A DNA stretch of 63,847 nt, filler included, from Reticulomyxa filosa (GCA_000512085.1; 18 parts of 18 records of this genome joined end to end with filler, not necessarily neighbours in it); one strand, 5' to 3'. Counted from the whole stretch's first letter, positions 1-12,226 are shown. The notes: generated by a model not told the origin, from the letters alone. Made by a program: numbers and translations.

Positions 1-1188
1 ACAATTATAAGCATTTACTGCACGCTGTAATTTATGATAATATTGCCTGATCAAATTTTTTTGTTTGTTTTTTCCGCTCAAATACATGCATGCTTGATTG
101 AAGTCAGATACAATCATATTTGGAAATGTATCATGTTCAATATTATTGTCAGCTAAATCTTTTAGGAAAGCACCATTACCTTCATCTTCTGTGAAACCAA
201 ACCAGCTTACCATTTGATCGTCTACATAAATAGTTTCATCATCGTTTTTTGAATCGATACAACTAAATAATTTGTTTATAATTAATTGATGATCATCTAA
301 TATTATTAAATTTGTTTTAACAAATTCATTAAGTGTTAAATTTTGGTTATTTTTTGCCAGATCATTCAAATCAATGCCATTGAAAAAAGTATCATTATCA
401 GCATCCAAATCTTTGACAAGTGTTTCATTATTATCATTTAATAATAACTGATCTAATGGATTGTCAATTTGTTCATTACCAGAATTATGATCATGATTAT
501 TATCATTATTAATACAATCGAAAGAAAGATTTAATTTTTTTTGTTTGGATGCAGATAATAATGAATTAGGTCCTTCTATGTCCATATTTCTTTTTTTCCA
601 AATAGTTTTCTCTTGTTTATCAACTATCACTAACTGAATAATATCATCAGAAGATTCAAAATCTTTTTCAGTTAGCTGTTGCATTGGATATTGGTAAAGT
701 TGGAAGTTTATACAATTCGCATTTCCAATATGCATTTGCTTGCTTGACCATTTACATCCATTTGATATTAAAGGATTGAAAACAACATATTTATTACTAT
801 TATATAGATGTATGAAACCTTCAAATGTCATATAACACGAACCACAAATCAATCGAAGATTCTCAGATTTTTTGCCACTTGTATCAAATTGAACATTATA
901 AAGTTTGTGATAATTAAATATCACGAAATCTACATCTTTTATTTCATTTTTCTGCAATTTGCAAATTAAATCTTTTTTTTTGTCATCACAATGCCTTGTA
1001 CGAAAGTATAACATTTGAAGCATTTGCAGCTTTGACCTCTCGCTGTATGGCAAAGAATACTCCTTCAAAAAAGACACTAATTCATTGTTTTTAAGACCCA
1101 CAATGGCGGACCAAGACAACGGCGGCGGACATTTAAGAATGGAAACATTACCATTAACTTCATCATCACTATGATTGGATTGCGACAT
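1..1188 (-). CDS. Intronless ORF (at least 396 aa, runs off the window) with an N-terminal SAP/HeH-like motif and a C-terminal MSV199-like (virus-type DNA-binding) domain
   Basis: Manual translation from ATG at 1188 (MSQSNHSDDE...) has no stop down to base 1. It is absent from the ORF track because it lacks a stop. Motifs: LKNNELVSFLKEYSLPYSERSKLQMLQML, and LTLNEFVKTN...IYVDDQMVSWFGF...FLKDLADNNIEH...DFNQACMYL...NLIRQYYHKLQRAVNAY. Confidence 0.7.
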   Translation of the reverse strand, partial: MSQSNHSDDEVNGNVSILKCPPPLSWSAIVGLKNNELVSFLKEYSLPYSERSKLQMLQMLYFRTRHCDDKKKDLICKLQKNEIKDVDFVIFNYHKLYNVQFDTSGKKSENLRLICGSCYMTFEGFIHLYNSNKYVVFNPLISNGCKWSSKQMHIGNANCINFQLYQYPMQQLTEKDFESSDDIIQLVIVDKQEKTIWKKRNMDIEGPNSLLSASKQKKLNLSFDCINNDNNHDHNSGNEQIDNPLDQLLLNDNNETLVKDLDADNDTFFNGIDLNDLAKNNQNLTLNEFVKTNLIILDDHQLIINKLFSCIDSKNDDETIYVDDQMVSWFGFTEDEGNGAFLKDLADNNIEHDTFPNMIVSDFNQACMYLSGKNKQKNLIRQYYHKLQRAVNAYNC

Positions 1189-2069
1189 CTAAAAATGAAT
1201 GCTTTTACAAATCTTTCTCTTGATCAATACAAAATGAATGAACTTCAGTTCCCTGTAAAAAAAAAGTCCTTTTATATAAAAAAAGCTGTCTTTTATGTGA
1301 AAACTTATTTCTTTTCCAATGGCACTTCATAAGTTCGAAAGTGAGATTGAACTAGTTGCTTTGAATATCAAAGGCTAAGCATCCTCCTAAACAATTTCCT
1401 TTTTTTTTTGGTAAACCACCCAGTCGAATTGGTGATAACTTTATTTAATTTCTCGAGTTGAACTTGTCAAGATTCGAGTATGTGCAAAATCAAAAAGAAA
1501 AATGATCCTTTTTTTATTAGATAAATATTTCTCAATATGTGATGCCAAAGCGGCAGTGAAACTCCAATTTGATTTGTGAAATAAAAACAGTAAGGAGTCC
1601 AATAATAATAAGTCAATAGAAAACAGACCCAATGCGAATAACCAGTCATTCAAGTTTAGATTATTTGGAGGGGATAGTTTCATAAATCCAGTTTATTTTT
1701 TTTTTCCCACTCCCCTTCAAAAATTCTTTCTTCAAAATTCAAAAAACCCAGACAAATAATCTTCTCAAAGGAGTAACACAAAGCATAAAAAAAGAACACT
1801 TGTTTGATTTTGTAGTTTTTCGAAATTCTTTGCGAAATTCCAAATGTTTCATAAATATTTAATGCTGTTCTCCAGACCAAATCTGATGTAGGGATCAACG
1901 GATCACTATATGCAATTTCAGCGTATAGTAATTAGCTGATTGCATGAGCTCACCCACGTAAGGGGGAAAGCATCCAAAATTATACCGCCTGTGTTTTATC
2001 GTGTTATCAATGGTTTTCTGTTCTCTTGCTTGGATCAAACATTCAACACTCAAAAAGACCAAAAAAAAA

Positions 2070-2169
2070 NNNNNNNNNNNNNNNNNNNNNNNNNNNNNNN
2101 NNNNNNNNNNNNNTTAATTAATTAANNNNNNNNNNNNNNNNNNNNNNNNNNNNNNNNNNNNNNNNNNNN
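2070..2169. other. Artificial contig spacer N44-TTAATTAATTAA-N44 (first of 17)
   Basis: Identical 100-nt linkers with stops in all frames start at 2070, 3641, 6422, 8419, 16598, 19230, 20546, 26041, 28028, 49197, 50391, 55096, 56537, 57668, 59540, 60716 and 62683. Confidence 0.99.
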
Positions 2170-3640
2170 CAATTGCATAATGTCCAGTTCTCTATTTTTG
2201 GAAAAATCAATCGGACGTGTCTGAGTCGAGGACACAAAATCAGCCCATTTTCGGTGGTAAGAGCATAGCATTGCGGTGGAAGTGTTGAACCAAACGTCAG
2301 ATATACGACTACCGCAATACCTGCACCACATATTCGAGTTCGTTTTAAATCCCGGAGGCCCTCCAGCTTCTTTTCGGCAGGACCATTTCGACATCAGACA
2401 AAGCCGCCCAGCCCATTTCCTTGCATTTCTATTCATCAAACAAACAAACAAACAACTATACAAAAACAATAACAAATCAAAAGGAAACAAATTTTCTTTT
2501 AAAAAAAAATATTAAAAAAAAAATAAAAAACATTTTTTTTTCCAAAACTTGATGGAGAGGCCACCACACCATTATACAAAAAGAAAAAGTGGGTCAACTT
2601 GAAACACGCTTTGCAGCCACAAATTTGCCGATGATTTCGCACTCACGTCGCTATGTTCGACACAAGTGTCGATGGGTTTATCTTTGTGTTGAGTGTCCAA
2701 GGCGGTGTCACCTTCGTCGTGGCTTTCCCCCCCAGTCCGAACTATCGCAAATGTCCAATGTGTTGTCAACGTTGACAATAGTGATTGTGTCCATGACGCT
2801 TTCGTAGCAGGGCATTCCTGAGCTGTCATGCTCATTTCTCGTGAAATACGTGCCGGTGCTTCCCTGATACGACTCGCCGCTCTTTTGCTCGAGCAACGTT
2901 GATTGCAACCTGCTCGTCCATGTTTTCTCTGTATTTGCGACGTCACGCTCTGGTTGCATGCAGCTGCTGCTGGGCTTTACCAATTCCAAATCCGATATTT
3001 GCACTTTTCGACGCTTGGAAGGCGTTGATCTGGTATTGCTATCACCGCTCTCTTCAGCTAATACGAATAGCAATAACAATCACAACAATTGACAAAAAGA
3101 AGAAGTTGCAAAGCGAGAGAGCAAGCGAGCGGGAGAGAGAAAGAAAAAAACAAACAAACAAAAAAAGTGTTAACCTTCACGAGCTCTTTTGGATCCGGTT
3201 ATGCAAAGGTGATGAAGATGCAATGTTTGGGACAGTGCAGCACTAGTGCCGGAATGAGATTGAGATTGAGGTTGAACTTGAGGTGGAGGTTGAAGACTGC
3301 CATACGTCATGGACAAAGGGGTGCTATTGGCCATTGTCGGATGGCTTGTCTGCGGATTGACTGGCGTCACAAAATCGGGTCGGCAATTTCCGACGGGAGA
3401 TTTGTTTGCAGCTCTCTCGTTCGGCCAAGTCAAGTGTTTTGGATTTGCGTTGTCAATTGTCTGCGTTGTTTCAGGCATCTCTCCTTCTTCGAGTACTATG
3501 ATTTCTCTTTCTTCTGTTTCTACTGTTGGTCTTGGTTCTGATTCAGGTCTTGCTTTTGTATGTTGTTGTTCTTGTTGTTCTTGTTGATGTTGTTGTTCTT
3601 GTTGATGTTGTTGTTCTTGTTGTTCTTGTTGTTCTTGTTG
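2170..3640 (-). CDS. Hypothetical multi-exon protein (partial) with a Q/E-rich N-terminus and a Cys/His cluster (CRYCG...LCSYH)
   Basis: GC-richer exons (ORFs 3170-3478, 2708-3079, 2572-2946, 2122-2490) are separated by T-rich GT-AG introns. Probable frameshift at the G7 run near 2726-2733. Confidence 0.55.
3561..3640 (-). repeat. Coding microsatellite (CAA/GAA/CAT)n encoding QQE/QHQ repeats
   Basis: TGTTGTTCT-type tandem units run up to the contig end. Confidence 0.85.
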
Positions 3641-4459
3641 NNNNNNNNNNNNNNNNNNNNNNNNNNNNNNNNNNNNNNNNNNNNTTAATTAATTAANNNN
3701 NNNNNNNNNNNNNNNNNNNNNNNNNNNNNNNNNNNNNNNNCTATTTTGGAGACATTCACTAATAATACATATTATAAAAATGACATAGTGCTACGAGACA
3801 TAAGAGTTGGAAGTATGTGTCGCGAATCGCGAATCGATGGAATCAAGTGCTTTGGCAGAAAAGAACGGACATACACTGGAGCAGGCGAACGTCATCAGCA
3901 GGTTCTTGTATGTGCATTACTCGCGAAGCTTGATCAAGATCAACACTGGACATGTGCATGTGTATGCGCGCAAGTGGAAGTTCACGCTGACACGCAGCTA
4001 TCGCAACAACGAGCAGGTGTGGATCGACGACAAACTCTACGTGCTCGCTCGCTCGCCGAATATGCAGCCCCGGAGTGGTCGACACGAGCGCGCCTATCAT
4101 CGACCGATGGCTTATATTTGTAACATGATTGGGATGGGTACTATAATTAGACGAGAGAAATGAATGAATTCAATACAAAAGATTATGTCAAAGACAAATC
4201 GTAAAAGGTGCTGATAGCCAAATAGTTTAAATTTATATATTTTTTGGTTTGAAAATAAGTAAAAGGTCTAGTAACTCAAGAAAAGAGCATGTGTTTACCA
4301 CATAGATGTGAGTGTAAGTCTCACCTAGACTCATTTCAATAATAGTCAAAATAAATTTATGTATCACCATTTCCAACATTTTTTCAAAAAATTTTTAAGG
4401 AAACGGTTAATTAAAATTACAGAGTTGACAGGCATGTAATCCAAATCAATGAAAATTGC

Positions 4460-5160
4460 AAAAAACAGTTGAAGATGGAGAGATCTCATCAACAGCTTAT
4501 TTTCAATCAGTTGTAATCTTTTTGTTTATTCATCATTTATTTAAAAAAAGCATTAAATATAAAAATAGGTTTAGAATAATTACCAAAAGAATATCGTGAA
4601 ATATAGATTGGATACATTCAAATGTTGAAGTAGTGAAAGCAGTTGAATAAATGATAAAAAAAAGATGAACGTGAATTAATTATTGTCAATGATAAAATTG
4701 AAAAAAAACAATTTAGAAATTATGGATTGCATATAATAATAATAAAAATTAATAAAGCAAATGAAACAAATGTCGATGGAAATATATACAACTAATGTGA
4801 AATTCAGTACAAAGGAGATATCAATGGAATAAAAAAATACATTATGATATTTTAGTTCAAATTCAAGATCTCCATAATGATGCAAATAATGGACTTGTTA
4901 GCGTGGACTGCTAATGTATATAATAATTTAGGACTTATTTACAGTAATGATTATCATGGCAAAGCAGTTTAGTGTTTTGAAAACGCATTAAAAATTAGAT
5001 TGAATACTTTTGGAGATAATCACCCATTCATTGAAGATTCATATAGAAGATTAGGATTTATATGCAGGAGTTGCAAACAATATAATCAATCTAATAGTAC
5101 CAAAAAGAAATGTACTAATTATTTATGGTGGTTTTGCATCTGTCTTTGAAGAAACATGAG
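4460..5160 (+). pseudogene. Decayed TPR-repeat gene (kinesin-light-chain/TPR_12-like repeats)
   Basis: 4904-5095 reads WTANVYNNLGLIYSNDYHGKAV*CFENALKIRLNTFGDNHPFIEDSYRRLGFIC with an in-frame TAG. YLKKALNIKIG occurs near 4540. Confidence 0.7.
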
Positions 5161-5964
5161 AAAAAGGATCTACATATAAACATTATGAAGTGAAGCTTAA
5201 TAAAAGTAATAAAAACACAAATGAAATCACTTTGTGTCTTTTAGTGGACGGTAATAAAAAATCATATACAATAAGTAATTATATGAGTTTTGGAATGATG
5301 ACATTGACAATAAAAGCACAAATCATTTGAACAAATGGTCCTCTTTCACTGATAATGGTAATAATCCAGTTTGCATTGGTAGACGAGATAATTATAATGT
5401 TGGCAGAGCAAAAGATATTTACAAATATTCCACAACAGAGAATAAGTGAACAAAAACGATTATATGTTACTTATTTTGTTGAAAGGTTGGTTGGAATTCT
5501 AAATGTTGATAATACAAATGGCTTATATCATTACCATCAATTAAACCAATATTATTACTTTTATTATTGCACTTGCTATTGCTGAAAAATCATTTACTCG
5601 CACTTTTATATTTGATGCTGTTCCATGCCTATCTTGTAACATTTTTTGTACGTTGTTGCTTATATATTATCAATGTACATTTAAAATTCAATTTAAATCT
5701 TATAATTATCCATTTAGTACATTTCAAGCATTTAAAAAAAATACAAAAATATCTTAAAGCATTATAAATTTTCTTCTTTTTTTTCTCATTATCAAAATCA
5801 CATATACATTTCAACTTTTTCCAACATTAGAAAGTCATTATTATGTCTTCGATGGATAATAATAATAGTAAATATCACATTTTTTAATTGATATTTTAAA
5901 TTGAAATAGAAATATTGATAAGAAAATGTGAAGGAGTTATTGTTTGTTTTGAAAAATAGAAAAA

Positions 5965-6421
5965 CTATAATGTGCACTTTTTATAAGTGTTTTTGAATAT
6001 TTTCAATGAAATTAGTCCACACATAAGTTTTATTCTTATTTCTACTTTCATGTTCACTAACACTTTCATTTTTAGACACTTTTTTACTGCTTCATTCTTT
6101 TTATCATCGTTGTTGTTGTCGTCCGTCACTCTATTTCCACTTTCAGATTTTTTGTCTTTGCTTTTGTTATTTTTTTTACTATTGTCTTCGCGTTTATTAT
6201 CTTCTTCTTCAGTGTTTCTTTGGGCTGTCTCCTTCATACTATCTTCGTTATCACTCTCTCCTCCTTCTGTCTCTTTTTCAACCACATTCAACACAAACGA
6301 ACATGATTGCTCATCACCATATCGGTCACTCCATATTTTTTTTAGATCATTCCACTTTTCAATATTTTCTCCATCCGATATTTTTATCATTTTTATCAAA
6401 TCTTCCAAATGTTTATCCAAT
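5965..6421 (-). CDS. Hypothetical acidic/low-complexity protein, 5'-partial
   Basis: 151-aa E/D/N/K-rich ORF open to the contig edge. Confidence 0.4.
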
Positions 6422-6894
6422 NNNNNNNNNNNNNNNNNNNNNNNNNNNNNNNNNNNNNNNNNNNNTTAATTAATTAANNNNNNNNNNNNNNNNNNNNNNN
6501 NNNNNNNNNNNNNNNNNNNNNTGCTTCAAACATGCCGAAAAAGAAAGTTGTAAATTGATCGCTCTTGAAGAGAAACCTCAAGCATCACTGAATGACGAAC
6601 TAGAAAACAAGGTTGTGTCACAAACTTAGGTTTGTATCAATAAAATCACTAAATAATTGTGTTCTTTCTTGTCTTCAATATCTCTGTGCTGTAATGTATT
6701 GCAAAAAAACAAACACGTACATCAAACCTTGATAATTCACCACAACAAGAAGTGAACAAAAACGGCGGGCCATCTGTTTATGATCAAAAAGCAATACTAT
6801 AACCAAAGACTGCAAAAGAATAAAGCAAACAAAACTTTAATTGGTCTTTTTTAATTCTATTTTGGAAAAGTGACAATTTATTAATTTATGTTGC

Positions 6895-8215
6895 GTTATC
6901 TCACTCTGGTAGAGAGAGTGTAAATATGTCCCTGTTAGGCAAAATCATAATAATGATTCAAATGTGTAAGCACAAATTGATGAGCGATTTTAATTTTAAA
7001 AAAAGATTGACATACCCATTTTGTTTGACAACGAACTCTTGACTGGACAATGATGCTAAATAAAAATGGACATGACTCCCATGAACGTTAAATTGATAAG
7101 GTACATTTTCTTGACAACGTGCCAAAACTTGAACAATTTCAATATATTTTTGAGATGGTTCAGTGATTTCTTTATCGCATAACTTCAAAGCATGATAAGA
7201 TAACTTGTCAATCATGAGCGTATGAATTGATGTTTGTTCACTTTCATCAGAAGCCATAGTGAATATATTTCCATCTCCTTCAACATTGCCAATGATAAGC
7301 GAAGAGATGTTAGCATAGGGATAAGCCTTCAAATAAGCTTCCAGTTGTTGCGCTTTATTCAAAAATGTGCAGCCACCTCTCTCGGCAAGGATCACATAAG
7401 GTGTGTGTACATTCTCGACTTTACTTTTCTGCGAATATGCTTGTTTCAAGGTACGTGGTATCTCACAGAAGTCACTTGGCGCCTCACTGAATAATAAGAC
7501 GCCAGAGGCAAGTGTTTTTTGGATGTTGCAGTTTTGTTTTAGGTGAGTCTCTCTCCCATCTTCTTCTGTTTTTATTTCGTGATGTAGCTCATGTTCTTGT
7601 ATCATTGCCGGTTTGGGACCAAAATAGGCTGCGGCTGCACGAATGTACGGTGTTGTTTTGTGCTTTCTATCTTTGTCACAGCTGGCTCCATCTTTGTCTA
7701 CATTCACATTTCTCAATGGAACAAATAAAAGATTCGATAATTGTTGGTTGAAGCACTCTTCTAAGTGAGGTGACTTTATTCGAATTTCATATCTTGTAGC
7801 TAAACAATTGACCCCCACCACAAAAAAAACAAACAACAAACAAACAGAAGGCCAAAGTGTCTATTTTCACGTATATAAGGGCCAGTACAACGAATAGCAT
7901 ATCACTTACAAAACACTCAATACATACGTCCTAAATGAGCATGCAAATAAATGAGTGCAACATCTTTTAAGTTATGATAAGTAGGATGAACGGAAGGTAA
8001 ACTCGTGTTTGACTGCGACAAATTGGCACGTAAGGAATACTTGCTATTGATGAAAACGGAGTTGGAAAGTTCTACCCAATCCGTTCCCAAGTAGAGTATT
8101 TCAAGAACTTCATGGTGTTCCCAAAATCTTATAGTAAATTGCCCCTTTACCAAAGATATCGCAATATACCCTCCATTCTGCAATTTCCATATCACATCAT
8201 TTTCCTCAAATGAGC
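6895..8215 (-). CDS. Protease-associated (PA) domain protein, multi-exon, 5'-partial
   Basis: VILAERGGCTFLNKAQQLEA...SLIIGN...IFTMASD...IHTLMIDK and AAYFGP match the PA-domain pattern. Upstream exon at about 7928-8215. Confidence 0.75.
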
Positions 8216-8518
8216 TCTGTCATACACATATGATATACATACATATATATTAGTAGATATGTCAATAATTTATTATGTGTATATTCCACATCGTCTTTTA
8301 AATCCGACGTGCATATATTGCAATTTTTTTTTTTTTTTTTTTTTTATTCACATTCATCAACTTTAATGTGTCTCTCAAGATCGAACCTCGGTTGTTTTTT
8401 TTTTTTAAAAAAAAAAAANNNNNNNNNNNNNNNNNNNNNNNNNNNNNNNNNNNNNNNNNNNNTTAATTAATTAANNNNNNNNNNNNNNNNNNNNNNNNNN
8501 NNNNNNNNNNNNNNNNNN

Positions 8519-10567
8519 AAAAAAAAAAAACAGGGAAAAAAAAAAAAAAAAAAAAAAAAAAACTTGATTGGTATCCAAAAAATCAGAACGAATAAGTCCT
8601 CGTTGTGCGATTTCTTTTTGAGAAGGCCGCTGTTGAAACTTGCGAATAAAGCTTTTTTTTGCAGTTGCAGCGATTGCCTTTGTTTGTTGATAGCTTCGAT
8701 GGGATTGTCCCAGTATCCCCGAGGGACGATATGCCTGGCCTCCATTTCCTTGGGGTCTATTCTGCGTTGCAAGAACGTGTCGAGCGTTTTCAGCTGCTTA
8801 TGTTGTTGACGTTTGACTTCCGAGTCATTCAAGTACTTGTTTGAATGAAGAGACGATTGATTGGCACTTCGACGGCCGCCCGACTCCACATGCAAGTCGG
8901 CGTCGGCATCGGCGTCCTCGTCACTCGCGTCTTCATCCAAATGTCGCAGTTCAGACACCTGACCGGGCTTTGGTCGCTGCTTCATTTTTTCGCCCAATTG
9001 CGCCGTCACTGCACGTCGATGCTGCTTCTTCGAAGACAGCACTTCCTCGTGGTCCTTGTTGAATTCCTGCTCGTCCACTATCGCCCGCTGCACTATCTCT
9101 TTGCGATTGGGCCGTTCCGACACACGTTGGATCAGTTTATTCTTCAAGGCTGATCGTTCTTCTTTTCGTATCTCTTTTACTTTTTCGTGGTCCTTTTTTT
9201 TTTTTTTTTTTTTTATTAAAAAATATGTATGTATATATATACATATATATTTATATATTTATATATGATAGTAGTAAAAAAAAAAGATTTCACACCTTTT
9301 CAAACTCTTCTTTGTCAACGATGTTCCTTTGAATGGCTTCGTCTTTACCCATTCGTTCACGATACTTCTTCGCAAACTTTTTTCGAATATTCCGTCGTTT
9401 TGCTTTTATTCGATCCACTATTTCCTATTTTTCCATCAAAAAAATACAATACAATGGCTTTTTTTTTTTTCATTGCAAAATATCATTTACACGATATTCT
9501 CTTATGTGTATCACTATAATCTCCTCCCCCTTTTTTTTTAATGTTCCTCTCCCTCCCCCCCGCCCCCCCTTTTTTAGTTCATACCGGGTCACTCAAAGAT
9601 GGCTCCACTAACACTCCTCTTTGAAACAGCTCTTGTGGAGTCGGCCTCGTCTTCAATTCCATCTTTCGCTGGAGCTTCTCTTCGGTGGACAAAAAGTGAC
9701 TTTGCTTTTCTTGCTCTGCGGCGGCGTACTCTTTTTCCGTGTTAATCGTCGGAATGTATTCTGCGGGGATGATCGAACGTGCTGCCATTTCGTTGAGGGT
9801 AATTCGCTGTGCCAACTTCCATTCCAAACGGTCGATGCTTCGACTTCGAGGCTTCAAATGCTTGGCTCGTATCTTGTCTCGACCATTGTGGGTCGACTCC
9901 GCCTCTTTGCCATCGTTCCATTTCTTTTCCTCGGCTTGGCCGTCGTTCGACACGAGCTTGTTATAAAATTCCATAAATTTCAAAAGATCTGTCGCCACTT
10001 CCTTCTGTGGAGATGCACTTATCAAATCTGGAGTTAGTCTCGATTGCAGCGCCGCACGTAACTGCAGGCTTGTTATTCGCCGCTCTTTCGTTTGATTCTC
10101 CATTGAGCCCCACTTTTTATTTTTATTTTTATTTTTTTTTATGTATTGCGTTTTATTTACATATATGTATATTTCATATATGCATATATGAAATATATAT
10201 ATATATATATATACCATATGCACTATGCACTATGCATATGTCTATGTATATGTATATTAGATTTTTTTTTTGCAATTACTAACTTCATCAGAAAATACAT
10301 CACGTGGAACAATATTTCTTTGCTCCAAATCTTGCTGAGAAGGTCGCATTTTTGGATGCAAACGCTGTTCCAGGAGTTGACTAATGCGCTTCTTTTGTTT
10401 TTTTGCTTCGGTCAATTCTTTCTTTTTACGTTTTCGGGGCTCACTTGGGGTTGTCGGAACGCTTGCAGAAAACGTTTGAGTGGTCTACCACACATGCACT
10501 GGGTTACAAGTGATTTTTTTTTTGGACATAGTTCGTTACAGAAAACACTTACTGGTGCTGCACTCAT
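8519..10567 (-). CDS. Multi-RPEL-repeat (G-actin-binding) protein, 3'-partial
   Basis: Spliced model MSAAP|TTQTF... contains RPEL-like units: LHPKMRPSQQDLEQRNIVP, LAQRITLNEMAARSIIP, LKTRPTPQELFQRGVL, YRERMGKDEAIQRNIV, VSERPNRKEIVQRAIV, LQRRIDPKEMEARHIVP. Confidence 0.8.
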
Positions 10568-10847
10568 TTATTCTGTTGATTTTAATGATGAAGGGGATTC
10601 AGGGACACAAGAATGTGCAATTTTTCTTTTCGTGTTGTCTCGCACTCCTATAAACACATTGGTGGCTCTTATGCTGCGCACTAGCACAAACCGTATCTTT
10701 ATTGTTTGCAAAGTTTTACTAAAGCGCCTTCAATTATTAATCACTCAAATAAGATGAAAAAAATTTGTGCACACATTTATTCTCCAATTACAGAAACTTC
10801 TAATTTTTGTAGGAAGGAGACAACCAACCCAAAAAATAAATTTCATC

Positions 10848-11392
10848 ATGTCCTACTTCGGTGTTCCTGGCTTGAGGAAACTCGAAATCCTTTATTGCCA
10901 TCATTCATTTCCCAGTCAAAATTTGAGAAAATTGATTCATGATGGAAGGTTTCTTTACTTGTTTGCAAAGAAAAACCGCACGTTCAAACGATAGTATCGA
11001 TGGACTCAGGCAAGCCACCCTTGCTTATTGCCACGTATTTGCCCAATACAGTGGGAGTTTATCCACATGAACATATTGTTGAATTATCACATTGCACTCC
11101 CCGAGAAATTGCCAACAAAATTATGACACTCCGCTTTCGTACTGGAAGATATGTAGGGAGCAAGAGATGGCCATTAGGAGTGGAATCTCTTAACTATAGT
11201 TTGCAAGGGCGATGGTATCCTGGAATTTGGAAGGACAAAAAAATTTCACACAGTTCTTTGATAGAAAACCACAGACACATTAGCACTCCCTATGACTATG
11301 AGCATCTACCCGAAAAAAGAACTTTCCCTCGTCGAGCAACTGTTCTTGCCAGAGCCTCGAGAAAAACTCGACTTCGACGACACAAGCTCTGA
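10848..11392 (+). CDS. MRPL43: Mitochondrial ribosomal protein mL43 (one apparent frameshift near 10976)
   Basis: GVPGLRKLEILYCHHSFPSQNLR...FAKK(N)PHVQ...PLLIATY...SLQGRW matches the mL43/L51-S25-CI-B8 pattern once one base is restored. Confidence 0.75.
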
Positions 11393-12226
11393 TTCCCTGT
11401 TTGCTTTTGTATTCTTGACATTGCCATTATCTTGTGGGAAAAAAAGATTTTCGAAAATCTCGTCTATAATCTATGCTTTATCATTCTTTCAATTTCATTG
11501 CAATCTTTTTTTTTTTTCCACTTCATATTTTCACTTTTGTTAACAAATTTTTTTTTTATTCAGAAATTTAAACTTTTACCAAAAAATTTTTTGTCGCAAA
11601 GGTAGTGAGGGTATACTTAAATCAACAAGAACTTTTTTTAGCATCAGCTTTACACGTTTATGACAATAATTCCATGTCGAGGAAATTTAAATTTCTAGAA
11701 AGTTCTTTATGATTGAAATGTACAAAAAGAATATGATAAACATTTTCCTATGTCAAACGTGCTACATCTAAAAACAGTTTGCTATTTTAAAAAAATGAAA
11801 AGTATACAAAAATTAATATAAACATAATAAGGACGCACTATCAATCAGTAAATGACACTTGAACAACAGAAAATTGATTTGCATGTTGGATACATGATAA
11901 TATATTATTGTCTCAAAGTACTTCAATGATCTTAAGAATCATCAGTAATCCAGAGTGATTGTATTGGTCAGTATTGATGGAATATGTAAAATATTTTGGA
12001 AGTGCTACTTTATGTACAATATTACAAAGCATTTTATCTATAAAAATAATAAAGAGCTGTTTTTTTTTTTTTTTCTTTTTTTGCACTTAGAACGTTTAAA
12101 CTTGCGAAATCAATAATTGGAAAGGAGAAAAAAGATAGAAGTAGTAATAATAAAAAGTTGACAACAATGTCATAAATTTAGAGATTTGTAAAAAACCTGC
12201 AGTAGATACACAAGAAAGAAATGAAG

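Noticed and set aside
1340-1935. Short minus-strand ORFs upstream of the MSV199-like gene as additional viral genes
   Set aside because: They are fragmentary and have no recognisable motif, so no product can be supported.
10969-10994. G-AAA-AAC as a programmed -1 ribosomal frameshift site in mL43
   Set aside because: The heptamer is imperfect, no stimulatory structure is evident, and it is one of many homopolymer-type indels.
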